IMG/VR virus record: IMGVR_UViG_3300036944_001289
Coordinates: 145,283 to 209,282 of that record
Length of the DNA stretch: 64,000 nt
Direction: 5' to 3' (one strand)
Notes under the pieces: generated by a model
The model's input: the letters and a program-made list of their open reading frames with translations, nothing else
What the model was told of the DNA's origin: nothing
The model's database searches: none
Translations under genes and position numbers: made by a program
Shown here: positions 29,832 to 40,097 of the stretch, one piece after another
How positions within the stretch are numbered: position 1 is the stretch's first letter
Layout of the letters: every line of letters starts with the position of its first letter

Positions 29832-30224
29832 TTAGTTATAATGCTTTAATAGAGTCGCAAGCATTTCCAGTTTTGTTGTAATCTGACTATATTTTTTAAG
29901 CTTCTTCATTTCGGATACAGAATCAACAGTTTTATCTATCAAATTTTTTAGTTGATTTTTAGTCATCTTACCGTATCCTTTTACCATAATTTCTTCACTT
30001 TCACTAAACGAACCTGATGCTCCTGGAATACCTGCAGTGTTTGTTTTAGCTGAATTACCTGGTAAGTTACTAGTACTGTTAGCATTAGCGTAGCTGTTCT
30101 TTACGTCAGATGTTGGCATATTATTATGTGCTTGATTTTTTTGCTGTGTATCAGCAATAGCCCACATATTGAGACCGCTTTCATACAACATACCTATCTG
30201 CTTTATGTCATTAAGTTTATCCAT
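29832..30224 (-). CDS. Hypothetical late protein
   Basis: TAAATA upstream; LYE|S-type leader. Confidence 0.6.
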   Translation of the reverse strand: MDKLNDIKQIGMLYESGLNMWAIADTQQKNQAHNNMPTSDVKNSYANANSTSNLPGNSAKTNTAGIPGASGSFSESEEIMVKGYGKMTKNQLKNLIDKTVDSVSEMKKLKKYSQITTKLEMLATLLKHYN

Positions 30225-30238
30225 AATTATATTTACAT

Positions 30239-30274
30239 AAAAAAAGCTGGGTTGTTAACAACCCAGCTTTTTTT
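30239..30274. terminator. Intrinsic terminator
   Basis: AGCTGGGTTG/CAACCCAGCT hairpin with A and T tracts. Confidence 0.75.
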
Positions 30275-30288
30275 AAAATTTTTATATA

Positions 30289-30690
30289 TTATCCGTTAAG
30301 ATTCCAACGACGTCTATTATCTGGACCAATATTATCAAACCCACCAGCACTAACTCTTGCTATTATAGTTGAGCTAGAAGTTAGTACTGTAAATGAGGTT
30401 GTAAAGTTATTTGACGCTTGAAGGCAGAGTGTTACACCTGTAGCAGATCCGGATAGTAGTCTTACTATTGTAGATGTATCTCCAGGGCTTGAAATTGTTA
30501 CTACTTGTGTGGTAGACAGCGATGCTGTAAATTCTGTAGAATTGTACAATACACCCTCTACATCTACACCATTAAATGTACCAGCACTAGAAAGTACTAT
30601 TGCATTGTTAACACCACTCAGAGAGTAGATTAAAGGTGCTGGGTTACCCATTTTTGTTACATCGTATACTGCGTCTGTAAAGCTTGCCAT
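30289..30690 (-). CDS. Hypothetical virion protein
   Basis: S/T/G-rich; late promoter; own terminator. Confidence 0.55.
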   Translation of the reverse strand: MASFTDAVYDVTKMGNPAPLIYSLSGVNNAIVLSSAGTFNGVDVEGVLYNSTEFTASLSTTQVVTISSPGDTSTIVRLLSGSATGVTLCLQASNNFTTSFTVLTSSSTIIARVSAGGFDNIGPDNRRRWNLNG

Positions 30691-30746
30691 ATGTATTATT
30701 ATTTATTGTTTTTGATCAGAATTTATTGAATTTAATAAATAATTAT

Positions 30747-31397
30747 ATGAGCTTTCACGAAGAATTAAATAATCTTTACGCAAAACAAATAGCAGGTAAA
30801 TCTATACTTGTAAATGAAAATAGTCAAAAGACAGTAAATGAAGCATTCCCACCCTATGAAGCAGGTGAATATGCCCCCGAACATCCTACTGCTCGTGAAA
30901 AAATGTTAGCTTTAGCAAAGAGTACACATGAAGAAACACCAGAAGGTGAAAGACCACGTGTTGCATATCAAGGTGCAGAACCTGGTACACATACATGGCG
31001 CTTCTATTTAGCGTTTATAACAAAATTTAGAGAAATGTCACCAGAAACATCTGTTAAAGTTGCTAATTTAATTTTAACACAAATACTTGATAAACTATCT
31101 GAAAGCCCAGATGGTAGATTTATGGGTACAAATCTTCAATTTAGAGAGCAAGTAGTTAAGCCTATTGTTGCAAGAGCAATACCTGAAATGACAAAAGGTG
31201 ATGTAAAGATAGGTAAAACATATGTTGAGTATATTGCAAGAGGTATAACCGATGCTGCAGTACAATCAGGTATATTAAGAAACTTCTCTGATGACGAGTT
31301 TCCACGCAACAAACCAAAGGATAAACCAATTACAGATCCTGCAGGTCTAGGTAAGTACTCAGCACAAAATCTAGATAAATTACTCGGACTAGATTAA
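30747..31397 (+). CDS. Hypothetical late protein with internal-protein-like leader
   Basis: Start moved to ATG 30747 after AATAAATA; VNE|N and VNE|A sites. Confidence 0.6.
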   Translation: MSFHEELNNLYAKQIAGKSILVNENSQKTVNEAFPPYEAGEYAPEHPTAREKMLALAKSTHEETPEGERPRVAYQGAEPGTHTWRFYLAFITKFREMSPETSVKVANLILTQILDKLSESPDGRFMGTNLQFREQVVKPIVARAIPEMTKGDVKIGKTYVEYIARGITDAAVQSGILRNFSDDEFPRNKPKDKPITDPAGLGKYSAQNLDKLLGLD

Positions 31398-32092
31398 TGT
31401 ACGTTACACCTACAAGCGAGCTTGCTACTGCTGTACGTGAAAACTTACGTAGAGCAGTATTAAATAAAGAATCCTGCTGGGTGTTTGATAAAATCGAACC
31501 TTCAGGTAAGTACTTTACATCTTTTAAGATAGTCGATGAGAATAACATAATTATGTACGCTTACAGAAATGGTAACGTATATAAGCTAAATAATCTTAAC
31601 GGACCTGCATTCTATCACGTAAGAGGTAATAAAAAAATGTTCTTTATTGATAATGAAGCTTATTCTGAGTTTGATTATAGTAGACACTACGCTATTAAAT
31701 TTATCAAAAATTTACAGCTTAGAGATCCTAATCAACCTATAGTTGGACCTGGACGCTACAGATTAGTAAATAATGGTATACTTGAGATAAAAATAAATTA
31801 CAGCGGTGATATGTCATTAAAAACATATAATTCAAGAGGTAATCTACATAATGAAAACGGACCTGCAGTTATTGATTTTGCTTTCTATCATATGATAGAA
31901 TATTATAGAAACGGTGAATTACATAATTCAACAGGACCTGCAGTCCTCAAATTGAGTAAAGATTCTAATGTAGATACACAAGAGCTATTTTTTATAGGCG
32001 GTAAAGCGCTGACACAAAATGAATTCAAGTCATTTGCTAAAGGTTATGATTCTACTGACATTGACTTATACTCGGATTTAACAGGACTTTAA
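31397..32092 (+). CDS. HxxxGPA (MORN-variant) repeat protein
   Basis: LHNENGPA, LHNSTGPA; family C-terminal tag. Confidence 0.7.
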   Translation: MYVTPTSELATAVRENLRRAVLNKESCWVFDKIEPSGKYFTSFKIVDENNIIMYAYRNGNVYKLNNLNGPAFYHVRGNKKMFFIDNEAYSEFDYSRHYAIKFIKNLQLRDPNQPIVGPGRYRLVNNGILEIKINYSGDMSLKTYNSRGNLHNENGPAVIDFAFYHMIEYYRNGELHNSTGPAVLKLSKDSNVDTQELFFIGGKALTQNEFKSFAKGYDSTDIDLYSDLTGL

Positions 32093-32093
32093 T

Positions 32094-33725
32094 ATGAGTA
32101 ATATTTTAGAAGACTATCACATATACACAAGATATACTAATAACCTCATTCTTGAGTTTAATGAAGCTACGCTTAAAAAATTGAGCGTAACATACAAGAA
32201 AGAGAGACCAGAACTAACTGATGATGCTATAACAGCATACTTAGAGGCATATGAACAACTAAAAAACACTCCTAGGTTTATTGGTGTAGTTAATAGATTT
32301 TATCCTAAAATTAAAAACCCTAAGGATATATATTCATTCACTTGGGAGCAACTTGAACAGGTAATAGATAGTTTAAAAGATATTCAGATAAGTACCGATA
32401 CTAAAGTCGATAGTACTAAGTATAAAGAAATTTACGAAGACGATACAATAAAGATAATTCTAGGTAGAGATGCAGAAGAGTGGATATATATTCGTAATAC
32501 ATTATTACCAGCGTTACCACCATTTAAGGGTTCTTCATGGTGTATAGGCAACCCCGGTGGTAGTAATATGTATTACTCTTATAGAATTAAAAAGTTAAAT
32601 CAATATTCACCAGAACAATTCTGGTCACAATATCTTATTCATAGCAAAGTACCTACACCTTCTCCTAAGTATCAAAATGCAGTATTGATGATATCACAAG
32701 ATGGTGAGTATTATTTAACTTCTCAAGATAACAGGGATGATACACGCATGGAATGGAGCAGGGTAATACATCTTATACCTGCATTAAAAAATAAAGAGAA
32801 GTATATAAAATTTATACCATTATCGAAAAAAGAACAAGAAGAATATGCTGTCACAAAAGCTACACCGGAAAGTTTTGACAAACTAAGATATAGAGCAAAA
32901 CAGGTATATTGTCAAGTAGGTAAGCCATTATTTATAAAAGATTTTATAAACATGGATAAAGATCTACAAACCATGTACATAAATGGTAGATTTGATAGAG
33001 GTGGTTTTTCTCTGTACAATAAAAGTACATACGATTCATATAGTAAAAATCTATTTGCAATTCCTGGACCCAAAGAGATAGATTTACCTCAAGGTAATAT
33101 TCAATCACCTGAGTTTGTAGAGCGACTTAACAGCCTACTTGGAGATATTTCTATAGAAGATAAGTTTAGTATCTATAAACAACTCTTGTTTTATATATCA
33201 CCTGAGCTTAAAAACTTTCCTCAAGCAATACAAACATTCTGCAGACAATGTGAGAAGTATTTACCTGCATTAAAAAATACACTACTTTCAAAACTTATAT
33301 CAGAGTATAATATTAAAAATTTCAAAACATTACCAGATATGATAAAGTATACACTTTGCGAACTGCCTCAAATTTTCATAACAAGTTCTGATTTTATAAA
33401 CCTACCTGAAAAATCACAAAATAACTATATTAATAGTAGAAAAACGTTAAGACATTTAGTGTATTTATTTTTTACACCTAAGATGATAAAAAAGATAGAA
33501 TCTCTAAAACCATCTGAAATTAATGAACAAGCAATTACAAATATATGGAAAAATAACTCTGTAACATATAGACAAGTTATTGATATGGCTACAAGAGAAG
33601 GACAAAAACAAAAAGGTAAAGGGATTACATATTTGTTAAACTTCAATAATTTGAGCGGTGATATACCTGTACGAAAATTATACGCTTCAAAAGTCTTAGA
33701 AAAGATTAAAGAAGAAAACGAATAA
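32094..33725 (+). CDS. Hypothetical protein (SWCI..NMYYSYR domain)
   Basis: 543-aa ORF; ILE| leader. Confidence 0.6.
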   Translation: MSNILEDYHIYTRYTNNLILEFNEATLKKLSVTYKKERPELTDDAITAYLEAYEQLKNTPRFIGVVNRFYPKIKNPKDIYSFTWEQLEQVIDSLKDIQISTDTKVDSTKYKEIYEDDTIKIILGRDAEEWIYIRNTLLPALPPFKGSSWCIGNPGGSNMYYSYRIKKLNQYSPEQFWSQYLIHSKVPTPSPKYQNAVLMISQDGEYYLTSQDNRDDTRMEWSRVIHLIPALKNKEKYIKFIPLSKKEQEEYAVTKATPESFDKLRYRAKQVYCQVGKPLFIKDFINMDKDLQTMYINGRFDRGGFSLYNKSTYDSYSKNLFAIPGPKEIDLPQGNIQSPEFVERLNSLLGDISIEDKFSIYKQLLFYISPELKNFPQAIQTFCRQCEKYLPALKNTLLSKLISEYNIKNFKTLPDMIKYTLCELPQIFITSSDFINLPEKSQNNYINSRKTLRHLVYLFFTPKMIKKIESLKPSEINEQAITNIWKNNSVTYRQVIDMATREGQKQKGKGITYLLNFNNLSGDIPVRKLYASKVLEKIKEENE

Positions 33726-33738
33726 CATAAATATTAAC

Positions 33739-33987
33739 ATGGCAAAATTTGACGACTTAATAAAGCACATACTTAGTGAATCACCAGCACCTGCTATTAC
33801 ACCAGAAAAACCTACAGTAAAACCTGGCACAAAACCAGAAACACCAAGTAAACCATCTAAACCAGAACATCCTTTTGCACCTAAACCAGGTATAAAACCA
33901 CGCCCTGATGCAAAGAAGAAATCACGTGAAGAGAATGAAGAAAATGCTGATGTTAAGTTATTTTTATCACACCGTCGTAAAAAATGA
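33739..33987 (+). CDS. Pro/Lys-rich protein with internal-protein-like leader
   Basis: MAKFDDLIKHILSE; KP repeats. Confidence 0.6.
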   Translation: MAKFDDLIKHILSESPAPAITPEKPTVKPGTKPETPSKPSKPEHPFAPKPGIKPRPDAKKKSREENEENADVKLFLSHRRKK

Positions 33988-35141
33988 AATTTAATAAAAA
34001 AATATTCGAAGCTATAGATAAAGGTGATGCACCTAATCTCTTTCACAGTGATAAAGAGAAAAAATATAAACCATCTTTAGATGTAGAGAAGTTAATGCCT
34101 TCTCTATCTCAAAAAGAATCAAATTACATAGAAACAGTTACAAGTGCATCATATAAAAAGGCAATTGAAAGATTAAGAAATTATACCGGGTTAAATCCGG
34201 CTAGGACAGGTCTACCGCAACTACTAACAGTTGCAATGAGTGCTATACCTAAGATACAGCAGGTACAACACGCACACAAACAACATCTTGAAAAATTAGC
34301 AGTAGATACAGTTTTAAGTCTTCCAGAATTTGAGTTTTTTAAGCACATGATTGATCGTGGTCAGCTTAAAATAGTTGCTAAATTAGAGCAAGCAGATTTA
34401 AGTAATGCTATTACAAAAGAGGATCTTGAAAATAAAGAAGAAGAACCTGAAGAGGGCGAACTAACTAATGCTGAAGAAATTACATTAAACCTGGCCGTAG
34501 ATCTCGGAGATGCAAGCGATGATAAGTTAAAATGGAAGTTTGCAAATATGTTAAAACAAGGAAATGCATTTAATAAGACATACTTGTTTAATATGGTTTC
34601 TGATGAACTAAATAAAATAGATCCAAACTTAGTAAAATTATATGGCACATTATCATCAGTAATACAAGTTGCATACTATGCAATGCCTGATATACCTCTT
34701 AATATGCGTTCATCAGAATCTGAAATGGGTTCATCTGAAGTTGTTCCAGAAGACGATATTTATACTGTATATGCTTTATCACCTTTCTTTCCGGTATTGA
34801 TACATGAGATTGTAAAGGGGTTGTGGACATATCTAACCATGTCACTTGTAGGTCAAGGAGAACATGATGAAAGAACAATAGACGATGAAACTGTTGAGTT
34901 AATGACTGGACCTGAATTATACGCAAAATTCGTTGAGTTTATACCTTTCAAAGATTCAAAATATCTACCTCAGACAGTAATGCAATTAATAAAGACAAAT
35001 AAGATTGCTGATGTTCTAGGTGGTGGTGATAAAGCTAAATCAGCTGTATATACAGCTTTAGATCAGGTAAAACAAATAATGGCAGAGTACGAAGATCAAA
35101 TGGACGACTTTAACGGTGATAAATATAAGGATATAGAATAA
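33984..35141 (+). CDS. Large-phage hypothetical protein (FP.LIHEI.KG motif)
   Basis: 385-aa ORF; MKFNKKIFE leader. Confidence 0.6.
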   Translation: MKFNKKIFEAIDKGDAPNLFHSDKEKKYKPSLDVEKLMPSLSQKESNYIETVTSASYKKAIERLRNYTGLNPARTGLPQLLTVAMSAIPKIQQVQHAHKQHLEKLAVDTVLSLPEFEFFKHMIDRGQLKIVAKLEQADLSNAITKEDLENKEEEPEEGELTNAEEITLNLAVDLGDASDDKLKWKFANMLKQGNAFNKTYLFNMVSDELNKIDPNLVKLYGTLSSVIQVAYYAMPDIPLNMRSSESEMGSSEVVPEDDIYTVYALSPFFPVLIHEIVKGLWTYLTMSLVGQGEHDERTIDDETVELMTGPELYAKFVEFIPFKDSKYLPQTVMQLIKTNKIADVLGGGDKAKSAVYTALDQVKQIMAEYEDQMDDFNGDKYKDIE

Positions 35142-35525
35142 ATGGAAAATATTTTTCTTACACAATATATAAATGAAGCTTTTGATACAAAATCTTTAGC
35201 AGCTCATAGAAAAAGTCTAATATCTAAATACGGTAAAAAGGGTACGACAAGTGTAAAAGACGTAATAATAACTCCAGAGAAATTACAAATGCTCAAGACT
35301 ATCAGAAATGATATGGGATTATTTAATGAAGGTGAGCCTGCACCAGCTTGGAATAGTTTTACAGCAGCGCTACTAAACAATATAAAAACCAATCCAGTTT
35401 TTGTTAAGAAGATGCTATCTAACGAGCAAACAGCTAAAAAATTTATAGCGTCCTTTATATTAAAGTTTAGACGCGAAATTGAAAGTACTTCCAGCTACCT
35501 TAGCGAAAAATTAAAGACTGGTTAA
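35142..35525 (+). CDS. Hypothetical protein with INE|A leader
   Basis: ORF adjacent in operon. Confidence 0.55.
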   Translation: MENIFLTQYINEAFDTKSLAAHRKSLISKYGKKGTTSVKDVIITPEKLQMLKTIRNDMGLFNEGEPAPAWNSFTAALLNNIKTNPVFVKKMLSNEQTAKKFIASFILKFRREIESTSSYLSEKLKTG

Positions 35526-36329
35526 GTCGTTATACATTTGTATATCTTCTGTACTATACTGCTTAGTTAGTTGCTTAAACTCACCAGGTAATATTTGTTT
35601 ACCATCAATGTAATACTCCATAATATCAGGTAGAACTGAGCCTGATGGACTAGTCATACCATAAAAATTAATTATAATGGCAGGGCCTGTTAGACGGTGA
35701 AGCTGACCGTGTTTTAACCACTTTGTTTCCTTAGTTTTACTAAAAGAAGAAGGCTGTAAGATATAAGCAGGTTTATCATCTTCTCTGTGTAATCTATTTT
35801 GAGGATCACGATACTGTATAAGTTCTCTATTGCTGGCTGTTATAGAAGTTTGTTTCTTGTATTGTAACTTACCTTCAATATAAAAATCTTCATCTTTAAA
35901 CTTACCGCTTCCTTGTGAAATATATACATTTGCAGGTCCACCTATACGGTGATACTTGCCATTTTTGTACCATTCTTGTGATTCTATCTTACCATTTTTT
36001 ATAGTAGTTTTAGCAGGGCCATTCTCCCTGTTCAACTTACCGTGTGTATACCAAGCTTCAATATGATGTATATTGGGATACTCTTGTATAATCTCATTAA
36101 GATTTAACTCTAGAGACCATTCATTATCAGTTAAAATCATAGCAGGTCCATCATCTCTATGTAATCTACCTTGTTTATCTCTCCATGATTTTCTGGTATA
36201 TACTTCGTCGAATGCTGAACTATCTCTTTTAGATACGTGTGTTCGAGTAGTTTTCTCTACATCAGTAGGTGGTATAAGATACTTACTCTTAAGGCCTTCC
36301 TGTAAATAAAATTTTTTAAACGATAACAT
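35511..36329 (-). CDS. HRxDGPA repeat protein
   Basis: Five HR..GPA-type repeats; family C-terminal tag. Confidence 0.75.
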   Translation of the reverse strand: MLSFKKFYLQEGLKSKYLIPPTDVEKTTRTHVSKRDSSAFDEVYTRKSWRDKQGRLHRDDGPAMILTDNEWSLELNLNEIIQEYPNIHHIEAWYTHGKLNRENGPAKTTIKNGKIESQEWYKNGKYHRIGGPANVYISQGSGKFKDEDFYIEGKLQYKKQTSITASNRELIQYRDPQNRLHREDDKPAYILQPSSFSKTKETKWLKHGQLHRLTGPAIIINFYGMTSPSGSVLPDIMEYYIDGKQILPGEFKQLTKQYSTEDIQMYNDLTSL

Positions 36330-36706
36330 TACGAATTAAGGTCGTTTAGTATATCAAGATCTTCATCAGTGTAATCTTTAGCTGCTTGAGATACTTCATT
36401 AGGTAAGACTTCTTTACCTTTAATATAGTATTTCTTCTCGATGAGAGAACCGTCTTGATCATACTCTTCTAAAGCAGGACCTTTTATATTGTGTAATTGA
36501 CCATCTCTATAATGAGATATAAGTTTAGGCTTACCATCTTTATAGAATAGCTCTACAGCAGGACCACTCTCATTATGCAGTACTTTAGTACTTGGCTTAA
36601 AAACGACATTAACACCTACTACACCATTACCCCAATTTAAAGTGTAAGCATTACTACCAGTCTCAGACATTTCATTTAAGATTTCTAGAAGAGCGTTGAA
36701 ATTCAT
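36329..36706 (-). CDS. HxxxGPA repeat protein (2 repeats)
   Basis: LHNESGPA, LHNIKGPA; tag. Confidence 0.75.
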   Translation of the reverse strand: MNFNALLEILNEMSETGSNAYTLNWGNGVVGVNVVFKPSTKVLHNESGPAVELFYKDGKPKLISHYRDGQLHNIKGPALEEYDQDGSLIEKKYYIKGKEVLPNEVSQAAKDYTDEDLDILNDLNS

Positions 36707-36723
36707 ATGTTAATATTTATTAT

Positions 36724-37272
36724 TTATGAATTTAAGTCATCTAAGATATCTAAGTCTTCTTTATCATATTGCTTAGTTAGCTGTTTAAATTCATTTGGTG
36801 TTAGTTCTTTACCATCTATATAGTACTCTTCTTCTATTTTATCACCATTTTGATTCCACACTTGACTAGCAGGACCATCTAAGCGATGAAGCTTGCTATC
36901 TTTATACCATTCTTCACTTCGCCTTTTACCATTTTTATGCCATGATTGATAAGCAGGTCTATCTAACCTATAACGTTTATTATCTCTAAACCATTCTTCA
37001 ATATGTTTTTGACCATCTATATACCACAGTTGAACAGCAGGACCATCTAAGCGATGAAGCTTGCTATTCTTAAACCACTCTTCAAATTCTTTTTGACCAT
37101 TTTTATACCACCATTGACGAGCAGGACCATCTAATCTATGAAATTCACCATCTTTAAGCCATTCTTCAGACTTAAGCTTTGTATCATCCTCATCCCAATA
37201 CGTATGTATAACTTTAATATCTTGGTAATCTTCAATATTCTCTACTAATAAAATCAATTGATCAAACTTCAT
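36724..37272 (-). CDS. HRLDGPA repeat protein (4 x 28 aa)
   Basis: 84-bp repeats. Confidence 0.8.
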   Translation of the reverse strand: MKFDQLILLVENIEDYQDIKVIHTYWDEDDTKLKSEEWLKDGEFHRLDGPARQWWYKNGQKEFEEWFKNSKLHRLDGPAVQLWYIDGQKHIEEWFRDNKRYRLDRPAYQSWHKNGKRRSEEWYKDSKLHRLDGPASQVWNQNGDKIEEEYYIDGKELTPNEFKQLTKQYDKEDLDILDDLNS

Positions 37273-37280
37273 AAGATTAT

Positions 37281-37904
37281 TTATGAATTTAAGTTATCTA
37301 ATATATCCATATCTTCTTTATCGTATTGCTTAGTTAGTTGTTTAAGCTCATTTGGTGGTATTTCTTTACCGTTTATATAGTACTCTTCAATCATCTTTTG
37401 ACCATCTTCATCCCACTCTTGACTAGCAGGACCATCTAAGCGATGAAGCTTGCTATCTTTATACCATTCTTCAAATTCTTTTTGACCATTTTTATACCAA
37501 TCTTGACGAGCAGGTCCATCTAAGCGATGAGGTCTACCATCTATATAGTACTCTTCAATCATCTTTTGACCATTTGTATACCAGTATTGACGAGCAGGTC
37601 CATCTAATCTATGAAATTCATCATCTCTAAACCATTCTTCAATATATTTTTGACCATCTATATACCACAGTTGAACAGCAGGACCATCTAAGCGATGAAG
37701 CTTGTTATCTTTATACCATTCTTCAAATTCTTTTTGACCATTTTTATACCACCCTTGACGAGCAGGACAATCTAATCTATGAGGTTTACCATCTTTATAC
37801 CAATACTCCTCCTTAGGTTTTGTCTCAGCATCATCCCAGTACACTCTTTCAACTCGAATATTTTCATTATCTTCTGCTAATAAAACTAAATCTTTAAACT
37901 TCAT
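37281..37904 (-). CDS. HRLDGPA repeat protein (5 x 28 aa)
   Basis: 84-bp repeats sharing DNA blocks with neighbour. Confidence 0.8.
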   Translation of the reverse strand: MKFKDLVLLAEDNENIRVERVYWDDAETKPKEEYWYKDGKPHRLDCPARQGWYKNGQKEFEEWYKDNKLHRLDGPAVQLWYIDGQKYIEEWFRDDEFHRLDGPARQYWYTNGQKMIEEYYIDGRPHRLDGPARQDWYKNGQKEFEEWYKDSKLHRLDGPASQEWDEDGQKMIEEYYINGKEIPPNELKQLTKQYDKEDMDILDNLNS

Positions 37905-38059
37905 AAGATTATTTATAAGAAAACCTCTCTTTATATTTTTACGCCGCCCAAAAATTCCCGAAAGGCGTAATACTATCTATATTACCGAAAGTTCCGGGCC
38001 CTATATAGCGTTTCTATTTTTCTGCGCGCGTCGCGAGAATTTCCGAGGGTTCCGAGCTT

Positions 38060-38154
38060 TTTATGGTTCCGAGCGCTCTCTGCGGCGAATATAGAATTTC
38101 CCGCGACTTTTGCGGCGAGAATAGCGCTATTTATGGTTCCGAGCGCTCTCTGCG
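38060..38154. repeat. 25-bp direct repeat x2 in GC-rich non-coding patch
   Basis: TTTATGGTTCCGAGCGCTCTCTGCG at 38060 and 38130. Confidence 0.85.
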
Positions 38155-38555
38155 CAGAGAATTGGGCATGGGGCTCATTATACGAAAGTTCCTTTAACTA
38201 ATAAGTGAAAACTCCTTTGCCCTGGTCTCTGAAACCTTTTTATATGAAAACCTTTTTTGAACTAGAGGTTCCGACTTTTCCGAAAAAAGTTATCTGCGAT
38301 ATAACCACTATCTTTTCTGAAAAGGTTCCTTTTATGCAGCCAAAGGAACATCTATATAATTAATGTAACTATTTATTATGAAGCGACAACCATTAGCTTA
38401 TCCGAAATGTATAATATGAAATATTCTTTTAGGAGTTATATATCAAAGCTTTTCTGAAATGTATAATATGAAGATAGTATATAGCAGTTTCTGAAAAGTA
38501 TAATATGAAGACCAATTAAGGCTACAAATAATATGCAGCCCTAATAAGTGCTAAC

Positions 38556-38750
38556 TTATCCTTTATTACATTCTTCCCAACAAGTTAGCTCATCCTCGTT
38601 TTCTAATATTAATACCAGATCTTTTAAGTCATCAATTAGTTGTTGCAAATCTATTTTATCTTTAATGGCGTCTTCCTTTAATAGAGGATGCCCTTTAACA
38701 GGTTCTTTTTCTAGATATTTCTTTGCAAGTTCTAAATGTTTATTTGTCAT
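38556..38750 (-). CDS. Hypothetical protein
   Basis: Short ORF between iteron blocks. Confidence 0.45.
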   Translation of the reverse strand: MTNKHLELAKKYLEKEPVKGHPLLKEDAIKDKIDLQQLIDDLKDLVLILENEDELTCWEECNKG

Positions 38751-38986
38751 AATAATTAGGGTGCATAATAAGTATATACTTGTTCCATCCTATAAAGTGA
38801 AACATTATTATATGAAACCATTATTTAATACCGTTTCAGAAACGCTCTTATATGCAAAAGAGGTGATCAACCGTTTCAGAAAAGTATTATATGAAATATG
38901 TACTAGAGCGGTTTCTGAAAGCTACAAGAGGATATCAGATCAACAAACTTTTCAGAAATAAACGGATTTGAAAAATGAGTGAGAAA

Positions 38987-39025
38987 ATAATAGTAGGCTG
39001 CTTATATTAAGCAGCCTACTATTAT
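38987..39025 (-). terminator. Long hairpin/terminator
   Basis: ATAATAGTAGGCTGCTTA/TAAGCAGCCTACTATTAT. Confidence 0.65.
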
Positions 39026-39036
39026 GCTAATTACTT

Positions 39037-39399
39037 TTAGTCAATGCTGGGTTCTGAATCTTCGTCATCCGAATCCATATCTTCATCTTCTACATCCTCC
39101 ACCATATCATTCTTCTTAACCTTACCTGCCGCAATCAAACGACGCGCTTCCTTTTGCGCCTCCTTAAACTCTTCATACTTAGCCTTGCGACGAGCCTCCT
39201 TTTCCTCAGCCTCAATCTTATTCTTAGCTTCCGCTGCCAATTCCATCTCTTCCATATGCTGAATGGCCGCATCCAAAATTGCGGTCATCGTATCTTTTTC
39301 CGTCAAGTTAAGCTTCTTGCGGATTTCGATAATGCGATTCTTATCGGCTTCATGGAGTAGAGCTGCGGTGAACTTGGCTGGCACTTTTAGGGTCTTCAT
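39037..39399 (-). CDS. Putative RHH-like DNA-binding protein with acidic tail (paralogue of 48718)
   Basis: AKFTA beta strand, helix-helix, coiled coil. Confidence 0.5.
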   Translation of the reverse strand: MKTLKVPAKFTAALLHEADKNRIIEIRKKLNLTEKDTMTAILDAAIQHMEEMELAAEAKNKIEAEEKEARRKAKYEEFKEAQKEARRLIAAGKVKKNDMVEDVEDEDMDSDDEDSEPSID

Positions 39400-39453
39400 T
39401 TTAGTAGTTAGTTTGTTGTTGTTGTTAATAAGGGCTCTATCGGCCCTACATTT

Positions 39454-39469
39454 ATATTACTAAAGTTCC
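39454..39469 (-). promoter_or_regulatory. GGAAC-N5-TAnnAT phage promoter
   Basis: GGAAC TTTAG TAATAT. Confidence 0.65.
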
Positions 39470-39914
39470 GTTGTAAGAGTTGAAGGAGGATCCGAGGAAA
39501 AATAAGTCCTAAGCTTTTCAGAAAAGTAAAAAATGCAAGCCGCACTTTTCTGAAAAAATAGAATACACCTTTCATACCTGACTTTTCTGAAAAGCTTTGA
39601 ATGCTGCTTCCAATTCGTAAACCACTTTTCGAGGAACTTTGATATTATAAAGTTTAAGGGTCTATATTTTTCCTGTATACTATTTCAGTTCCTGCGTTTC
39701 GTACGCATTAAAATGCAAGGCTTTATATGATACTAATATAAAAGAAGCTTACAAGTACGCAGGAACAAGTACTTGTGCCTAGTAAGCAGGAACTGGAACA
39801 GAGTACTATATAGCCGTACTAAGAATCGGAACAATAAGAAAGGAGAGCCGCATAAAGCAGACTCTCCTTGTTCCTATATACTAGCTAACTAAAACTGTTC
39901 CTAGATACTATTGA

Positions 39915-40097
39915 TTACTTACTAATCTTATCATCGACCTTATTTGAGAAGTATAGCATGATATAACCGAATACTGCCATCTTAATGATTACTAGTACTT
40001 GCATTACTAGAGTAGTTTGTTGCTTGAATGTAGCTCCTTCTAAGATAGCCAGTATTAGAAAGAATAGTGTTAGTAGTAGATTGATAGCTGTACGCAT
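39915..40097 (-). CDS. Small 2-TM membrane protein
   Basis: Two hydrophobic helices. Confidence 0.45.
   Translation of the reverse strand: MRTAINLLLTLFFLILAILEGATFKQQTTLVMQVLVIIKMAVFGYIMLYFSNKVDDKISK

Larger units (their letters stand above)
38277..39592. repeat. Palindromic TTTCWGAAA iteron arrays (origin/operator-like)
   Basis: 10 exact copies, many 37-40 bp apart. Confidence 0.75.

Noticed and set aside
33975-33990. Programmed -1 frameshift fusing 33739 and 33984
   Set aside because: Only a 6-A run; the ATGA overlap and the second ORF's own leader favour translational coupling
36724-37904. Diversity-generating retroelement acting on the HRLDGPA repeats
   Set aside because: No reverse transcriptase or non-coding template repeat in the window, and differences are not restricted to adenines
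38399-38958. CRISPR array
   Set aside because: Repeats are 9-23 nt and degenerate, spacers are short and uneven, and no cas genes are present; better read as iterons
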